A stretch of 48,414 nucleotides of DNA from Verrucomicrobiales bacterium (lineage in GTDB: Bacteria; Verrucomicrobiota; Verrucomicrobiia; Verrucomicrobiales; V1-33). Where the stretch lies: the NCBI GenBank assembly GCA_031411295.1, contig JANOAV010000104.1, positions 1 through 48,414 on the forward strand, written 5' to 3'. The notes beneath the pieces are model-generated. The model made no database searches and was not told where the DNA came from. It was given only the letters and a program-made list of their open reading frames with translations. The position numbers and the translations under genes are program-made. Of the stretch, positions 43,191 through 48,414 are shown piece by piece. The stretch's first letter is position 1. The number at the start of each line of letters is the position of its first letter.

Positions 43191-45374
43191 CTAACGCTTT
43201 AGACGCGGCGGCGGCGTAATTTCCACGTAGATTGGCAAGTTTGTCAGCGAGGATTGATTCAGCACTTCGGCCGCCCTCAGTTCCAGATGCTGCGCGGCGG
43301 GCTCGACTAGCAATGAGTAGGTTTCCCCCAGTTGGTTGGGAAGATCCGGCACGGGTTGGCGGTTCAAGGCTGCATCATGCAAGACCACGATGTATTGGGG
43401 CTGATAAATCCCGGCTTCGATCTGTGCCACGCGATAGGTGCGGCTAGTCAGAATGCGAGCGTAGGGCGATTGCTCTACGGGGCCTGCCAGCGGAGTCACA
43501 GATTCCAAGGTGCCCTTTAGCTTCACCCGATCCGCCGCTTTTCTCCCCTGCAAGAGGGATTGGATGGCGGAGAAATTCTGCTGCACTTCATCGCTTCCCA
43601 AGGCTCGACTGTAGAAGCTGGTGTGATCCACCGTGCCAGTCCAATCGTCCTCCCCCATCGGGGCCGGGTCGCCCAACTGCCATTCGCCCGGGCCCCATGC
43701 GGCTAATCCGCTGGTTTCCAACGAGACTTCGGAAAGTTGTGAACTATCCACGTAAGTCCGCAGCACGTTCTGGTCCAGGGTAACCATGAGATGGTAGGGA
43801 CGCTCCGATTCGATCCGGAAGTTGGCCAGTTTGATGGGGTAAACTTTAGCCGTGGCCGGATCCGCCCCCAAGCGAATGCGTGCCACCAGGAAATTCTCCA
43901 CGCGATACAAGCCAAAGGCCTCGGCATCATCCGCCAAGCGGTAACTCGCCAAGCGAACACTCAGCGGCTTAAGGTAGCTCTCGCGCGACTCCCGAAAGAT
44001 GCCTTCCACGGTAAATGCTCCGCTCATTTTACAAGCCTGGCCGATGGCCGCAGCCGACTCAGCATCCGCCGTAAAATAGCCGCGCGATACATCCAATTCC
44101 CAATCTTTACCGAAGCGTGCGGACTGATGGCCGATCACGCGGGCGAGGCGGGTTTCCCCACTGGAAAGATTCCCCGAAGCTGGCAGCGGCGTATCCTTGC
44201 CAGCATGCGTCAGGATAAATTGCAGGCCGGCGGGATTCGCTGGCCATGGCAGCTTGGAGGTGACCACAATCTCCTCTGGGGCTTGCGGGAAATTGGCCAA
44301 GCTTTCGGCCTGGGCGTTTTCCAGCCAAACATCGGGATAAGCGTCACCCCGGTCGTTATGCGTAATTTGCACCACGTTCAGCAATTCGGTCGCTGTTGGT
44401 CCGATCCTCGCCACGAAAATTTCGGCATTCACCCCATCCTTCGCAGCTTCGAACTTTGGTTGGCTGGGGGCCAGAGGATAGGGGCCCGTAAAGGTGATCA
44501 GCGTGGGATCATTGCTCCAGCGGGGATGCCACAAGGTATTGCCAGCGCCAATCTCCGCCACATTCTGCAGGTTCAACGCCCAGGCCTCGGGTTGATTTGG
44601 TTGGAAGAAATTTAGCGTGGCGCTGTCGGCCTCCAAGGACCAAGCTAGGTAGCTATCATCCGGTGCCAAGGATGGCCAGGCCCCGGAGGCCAGTTTCTTC
44701 CACGTGCTGTCAGGGAAATTGATGCGACACACCTCTGGAGCTGGCAGCAGGGCCGAGGCCCGCTTGCCATCGCGCGATAGTTGGAACCCGTCAGCATCAA
44801 TCGGCGTCTGCGCCCACACGATTTCCCGGTCAGCGGAGCGGTCTGACTTGAATCGCACCAAACGTTTGCCAAATAAGCCTCCGCGCGCCCCGTGGTCAAT
44901 TTCTTCAATCGCGTAAATCCACTCGTGATTCAGGACTGGCTCTTTCCAAGTGGCCACAGCCACGCCCGGGCCCAATTCCTGGGGGCTCCCACCGTCCCAA
45001 GGGACTGCGTAAATTTTCGGTTCACCGCTTCGGTCCGTATAAATGACTTGGTTTCCATTCGGCAGGATCAGCGGTCGGAAATAACTCCCCACCACAGGGA
45101 GCAAAGCCACGATGCCCTTCCCGCTGGCAGAATCCAATCCCATGAGGCGCAGTTCATTCCCCGCAGCAGTGGTATCTGCGGTGCTGGCTTTCGCACTCTG
45201 CACCCAGGTCACCTTCATTCGCTTGCCGGAGGTCACGGGCTCCAGATCCACCATGATGTCCCCCGCTGACTCCACGGCGGCGGCACTAACGGCGGGCGGC
45301 GGCGGAGTGCGATGGCAGGCAGGGAGCACAGCGATTCCACTTAGCAGTAAAGGTAAAGCAAGACGGGGGGGCAT
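43191..45374 (-). CDS. Lipoprotein with TolB/PD40-like beta-propeller, LamG-like domain and an unnamed C-terminal domain
   Basis: Lipobox LPAC; LSRDG, PSLAPD, HPRWSND and D.YPD.W repeats; FTVEG, YHL.VT...TYVD, W.G.VD...YSRAL..EV (LamG). Confidence 0.75.
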   Translation of the reverse strand: MPPRLALPLLLSGIAVLPACHRTPPPPAVSAAAVESAGDIMVDLEPVTSGKRMKVTWVQSAKASTADTTAAGNELRLMGLDSASGKGIVALLPVVGSYFRPLILPNGNQVIYTDRSGEPKIYAVPWDGGSPQELGPGVAVATWKEPVLNHEWIYAIEEIDHGARGGLFGKRLVRFKSDRSADREIVWAQTPIDADGFQLSRDGKRASALLPAPEVCRINFPDSTWKKLASGAWPSLAPDDSYLAWSLEADSATLNFFQPNQPEAWALNLQNVAEIGAGNTLWHPRWSNDPTLITFTGPYPLAPSQPKFEAAKDGVNAEIFVARIGPTATELLNVVQITHNDRGDAYPDVWLENAQAESLANFPQAPEEIVVTSKLPWPANPAGLQFILTHAGKDTPLPASGNLSSGETRLARVIGHQSARFGKDWELDVSRGYFTADAESAAAIGQACKMSGAFTVEGIFRESRESYLKPLSVRLASYRLADDAEAFGLYRVENFLVARIRLGADPATAKVYPIKLANFRIESERPYHLMVTLDQNVLRTYVDSSQLSEVSLETSGLAAWGPGEWQLGDPAPMGEDDWTGTVDHTSFYSRALGSDEVQQNFSAIQSLLQGRKAADRVKLKGTLESVTPLAGPVEQSPYARILTSRTYRVAQIEAGIYQPQYIVVLHDAALNRQPVPDLPNQLGETYSLLVEPAAQHLELRAAEVLNQSSLTNLPIYVEITPPPRLKR

Positions 45375-45482
45375 GAGGTTAAGATGTCGAATGCTTCACG
45401 ACTTGGCAAGTCAGGATACGCTTCGAGGACACTACGAATAGCAGTAGCCGGGCCCGCTGCGGCCACCCTCGTGGAAATCTGG

Positions 45483-46577
45483 TTAGGCTTCCAGCAGGAG
45501 GCGCGCCGGTTGTTCCAGGCAGTCCTTGATGCGATTGAGGAACGTCACCGCTTCCTTGCCATCGACCAAGCGGTGATCATAGCTCAAGGCGAGATACATC
45601 ATGGGGCGGATTTCCACTTTGCCATTCACGGCCATGGGACGGTCCTTGATGGCGTGCATGCCAAGGATGGCACTTTGGGGAGGGTTCAGGATTGGGGTGC
45701 TGAGCAGACTGCCGTAAACCCCGCCGTTGGAAATGGTGAACACGCCGCCCTGGAGGTCTTGCAAGGCAATCTTTCCTTCTTTGGCCTTCACGGCAAAGGC
45801 GATGATTTCTTTTTCCAAGTCAGCGAATGATTTTTGATCGCAATCTTTTAACACCGGCACAATCAGACCCTTCTCGGTGCCGATGGCCACGCCGATATCA
45901 TAATAGTGGTGGCGGATGATTTCATCCCCCTCGATGCGTCCATTGACCTGCGGAATGGACTTCAGCGCATCCACGACTGCTTTGATGAAGAACGACATGA
46001 ACCCTACTTTCACTCCGTGCTTGGCCAGGAAACTTTCCTGAATCTGCTTCCGCAAGGTCATGACTTCGGTCATGTCCACCTCATTGAAGGTAGTTAGGAT
46101 GGCCGCCGTGTGCTGGGCGTTGACCAGATGCGTGGCAATCTTTCTGCGCAGCGGCGTCATCTTCGTGCGCGTCACGCGACCGTTCTCATCCCGCGGCGGG
46201 GCGGGCTTTGCTGGTGCTGGTGCTGCGGGCGGGGCCGGGACGACTGATGGAGCGGGCTTTTCCACCGCTGGGGCGATGGCGGGCGCTGGTGCTGCAGCCG
46301 CTGGAGGCGGGGTGGGCGGCTGGGCGGGAGTTGCCGGGGCGGCCCCCTCCAGGATTTCCCCAACCACACTGCCAATGGCCACTTCCGTGCCGGCGGCTAC
46401 GATAATTTTTAGGGTGCCGGCGGAGTCAGCTTGGATTTCCGTGGAGACTTTGTCGGTATCCAAGGTCAGCAGCAGATCGCCCACGGCCACAGCCTCTCCG
46501 TCGGCTTTGTGCCAGGTAGAAATAAGGCCGGTGCTAATGGATTCACCGACGGTGGGAATTTTGATGGGGTGGGACAT
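45483..46577 (-). CDS. sucB: 2-oxoglutarate dehydrogenase E2, dihydrolipoyllysine succinyltransferase
   Basis: P.VGESI lipoyl domain with [47 protein letters not shown] and [11 protein letters not shown]. Confidence 0.95.
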   Translation of the reverse strand: MSHPIKIPTVGESISTGLISTWHKADGEAVAVGDLLLTLDTDKVSTEIQADSAGTLKIIVAAGTEVAIGSVVGEILEGAAPATPAQPPTPPPAAAAPAPAIAPAVEKPAPSVVPAPPAAPAPAKPAPPRDENGRVTRTKMTPLRRKIATHLVNAQHTAAILTTFNEVDMTEVMTLRKQIQESFLAKHGVKVGFMSFFIKAVVDALKSIPQVNGRIEGDEIIRHHYYDIGVAIGTEKGLIVPVLKDCDQKSFADLEKEIIAFAVKAKEGKIALQDLQGGVFTISNGGVYGSLLSTPILNPPQSAILGMHAIKDRPMAVNGKVEIRPMMYLALSYDHRLVDGKEAVTFLNRIKDCLEQPARLLLEA

Positions 46578-46667
46578 GAGTTTGGTAACTGAGAGGGAGA
46601 GTGGTAGGGGAAGAAATGCAGGGGATCACAACTAAAGACGGGATTTCCCGACTGGCATCAAAAAAGT

Positions 46668-48059
46668 TCAATTTGCGTCGATTGCAAACGTTGGCGCATC
46701 TGAGAGGGAATCCTTGGGTTGCTGCGATCGCAGTTTCTGTGCCAGGATGCGCCCGCCCATCAACCAAAGCAACAGGGCCGCGCTCCAAACAATGATGGTG
46801 ATCCCCCACCAAATGCCCCACAGCCCCCAGCCCAAGCCGTAGGCCAGACCGTTGAACACCAGAAGCGGAGCCACGATCTGACGCCACAAGCCAATTCCCA
46901 GAGCGAAGCCAGGACGCTTCATGCCCTGCAGCAGAAATACCGTTTGGAACAGAATCACATAAGCCGCCAGCGTTATGGCCGCAATGCCCAGATAGTCGGA
47001 ACCATGCGCGATGACGGTGGCATCCTTGGAAAATAAACTCATCAGCCAGCCTTTCGTGAACCACAGCACCACCCCGCCCACCGCCATCATCGCGATGCCG
47101 TAACGCATGGTCGTGAACCATGTCGCGCGCACTCGATCCAACCTTCCCGCACCATAATTCTGAGCCGCCAGGCTGATCACCGCATAGTTCAATCCCATGG
47201 CGGGCAGTAGCAGCATTTGCTCGATGCGGGTGGCCACTCCATAGGCCGCCACCGCTTCCCGATTGAATTTGGCCAGGAAATATTGGATCACAAAGATTCC
47301 CAAGGCCACGGTCAGCATGTTAAACACTGCCGGCAACGCCTGCCCGGTGATTTGTCTGAGCACACTCCACTGCGGCCGGAAATCTCCCGCCGTCACCCCC
47401 TGCCACAAAACCGTGCGCCGTAGATGCACCCACATATAGGCGCAGGTCCCCACCTGACAGGCAATCGTGGCCCACGCCAAACCGGCCACGCCGAGTGCAG
47501 GCACGCCCAGCCAGCCATACATCAGCCAAGGATCCAAAACACAGTTAGCAAAGAATCCCACGATCAGGGTGTTGCGGTAAATTTTCGTATTTCCCCGTGA
47601 GTTCAACTCCGCATTCAACACCGTTTGCAGCAGGAAAAATCCGCTCCCCGCCATGATCACGTTCATATACTGGAGCGAATATTCCAAGGTCAGTCCCTCC
47701 GCCCCCTGGCGACGGAATAACCACTCCGCCGACCACAATCCGCCGATGGTTAGCAGCACCGTCAACCCCACGGAGTAGAGCAGCGCCTGGCAGAAGAATT
47801 GTTTACTCTTCTCTGGTTCCTGCGCCCCCAGCGCATTCCCCATCAAGGCGGTTGTCCCCTGCCCCAGTCCGTTGCCGAACGCGATCACGAGAAAGAAAAT
47901 CGGGAATGAAAACGTCAATGCTGCCAACGCCTCGGTCGATTCACGCCCTGCGAAATAAGTATCCACAAAGTTGTATAACGTTTGAAACACCATCCCCACA
48001 CTAGCAGGAATAGCGATGGTGCGGACGAGTTTCGGGATGGGATCGGAAGTAAGATTCAT
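46668..48059 (-). CDS. MATE-family efflux transporter
   Basis: IP.SVGM.FQTLYN.VDT.F, N..LDP.L.YG, LGVAGLAWAT and AQNYGAG..DR; about 12 TM. Confidence 0.92.
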   Translation of the reverse strand: MNLTSDPIPKLVRTIAIPASVGMVFQTLYNFVDTYFAGRESTEALAALTFSFPIFFLVIAFGNGLGQGTTALMGNALGAQEPEKSKQFFCQALLYSVGLTVLLTIGGLWSAEWLFRRQGAEGLTLEYSLQYMNVIMAGSGFFLLQTVLNAELNSRGNTKIYRNTLIVGFFANCVLDPWLMYGWLGVPALGVAGLAWATIACQVGTCAYMWVHLRRTVLWQGVTAGDFRPQWSVLRQITGQALPAVFNMLTVALGIFVIQYFLAKFNREAVAAYGVATRIEQMLLLPAMGLNYAVISLAAQNYGAGRLDRVRATWFTTMRYGIAMMAVGGVVLWFTKGWLMSLFSKDATVIAHGSDYLGIAAITLAAYVILFQTVFLLQGMKRPGFALGIGLWRQIVAPLLVFNGLAYGLGWGLWGIWWGITIIVWSAALLLWLMGGRILAQKLRSQQPKDSLSDAPTFAIDAN

Positions 48060-48414
48060 GGCGGGAGGGAGAGGCGGCAGCATCCCCATAGGATAGCTCC
48101 GGGGCGTTGTCCATGAGTTGCTGCGGCCAATTCAATACCACATTCGATCCATCAATGCCTCCGCCCAGGAAAGTTCACCGCCCGCCGCCTTTACAGCCTC
48201 CCTAGGTTGCGTTCAAGATGAAATCTTATCTGATTCAAGCCGGAGGCTTGACAGAAATTAGCCGGGGGTTGAGCGCTAGTGCTTAGTTGCACAAGTTAAC
48301 AATTGTATTTCTAAGCTGGGCGCCTTTGACCTCTCTCTTGCGCCACACAAATGGTCGCGGGTGATTATTGGTGGCTTGGATAAAGGCTTCGATGGCGTTT
48401 CGCAGATCCGTTTT

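Noticed and set aside
48090..48414. Possible RNA gene or CDS at the right edge
   Set aside because: No tRNA/rRNA features or convincing ORF; probably the upstream region of a gene beyond the window

Overview
GC-rich bacterial chromosomal window. Gene content (sulfatase plus FGE, ThuA/DUF1080-like secreted proteins, Ser/Thr kinases, BatA/vWA cluster, REP-like palindromes) suggests a PVC-superphylum organism, probably Verrucomicrobiota; this is inference. About 30 CDS; no rRNA, tRNA, CRISPR array or transposase was seen. Left part: truncated SDR and MATE, divergent from an orphan PotD-like lipoprotein plus hybrid histidine kinase; a divergent pseudokinase/kinase pair; a purC-PurS-like-fur-FGE-rlmI-pseudoreceiver run; an AlgX/J-like acetyltransferase; a Cys-less SufR-like regulator; an arylsulfatase. 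Centre (22028-33840): a five-gene envelope operon (BatA-vWA-PA14, vWA with a helical insert, DUF4175-like N-half, DUF4175-like C-half, secreted prenyltransferase-repeat protein) with no MoxR or DUF58 gene. The most unusual signal is an in-frame fission of the DUF4175-like gene inside an Ig-like domain. The C-half carries its own lipoprotein signal peptide, partly encoded by an inverted REP-like pair. Three successive junctions of this operon each carry a different REPIN-like family. Right part: O-methyltransferase, two GT-C-like membrane proteins, SHOCT, ThuA-like, Ski2-like helicase, a TolB/LamG lipoprotein that appears to share an unnamed C-terminal domain with the AlgX-like protein, an orphan sucB and a second MATE. 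All family calls are by eye from motifs; no database searches were run.
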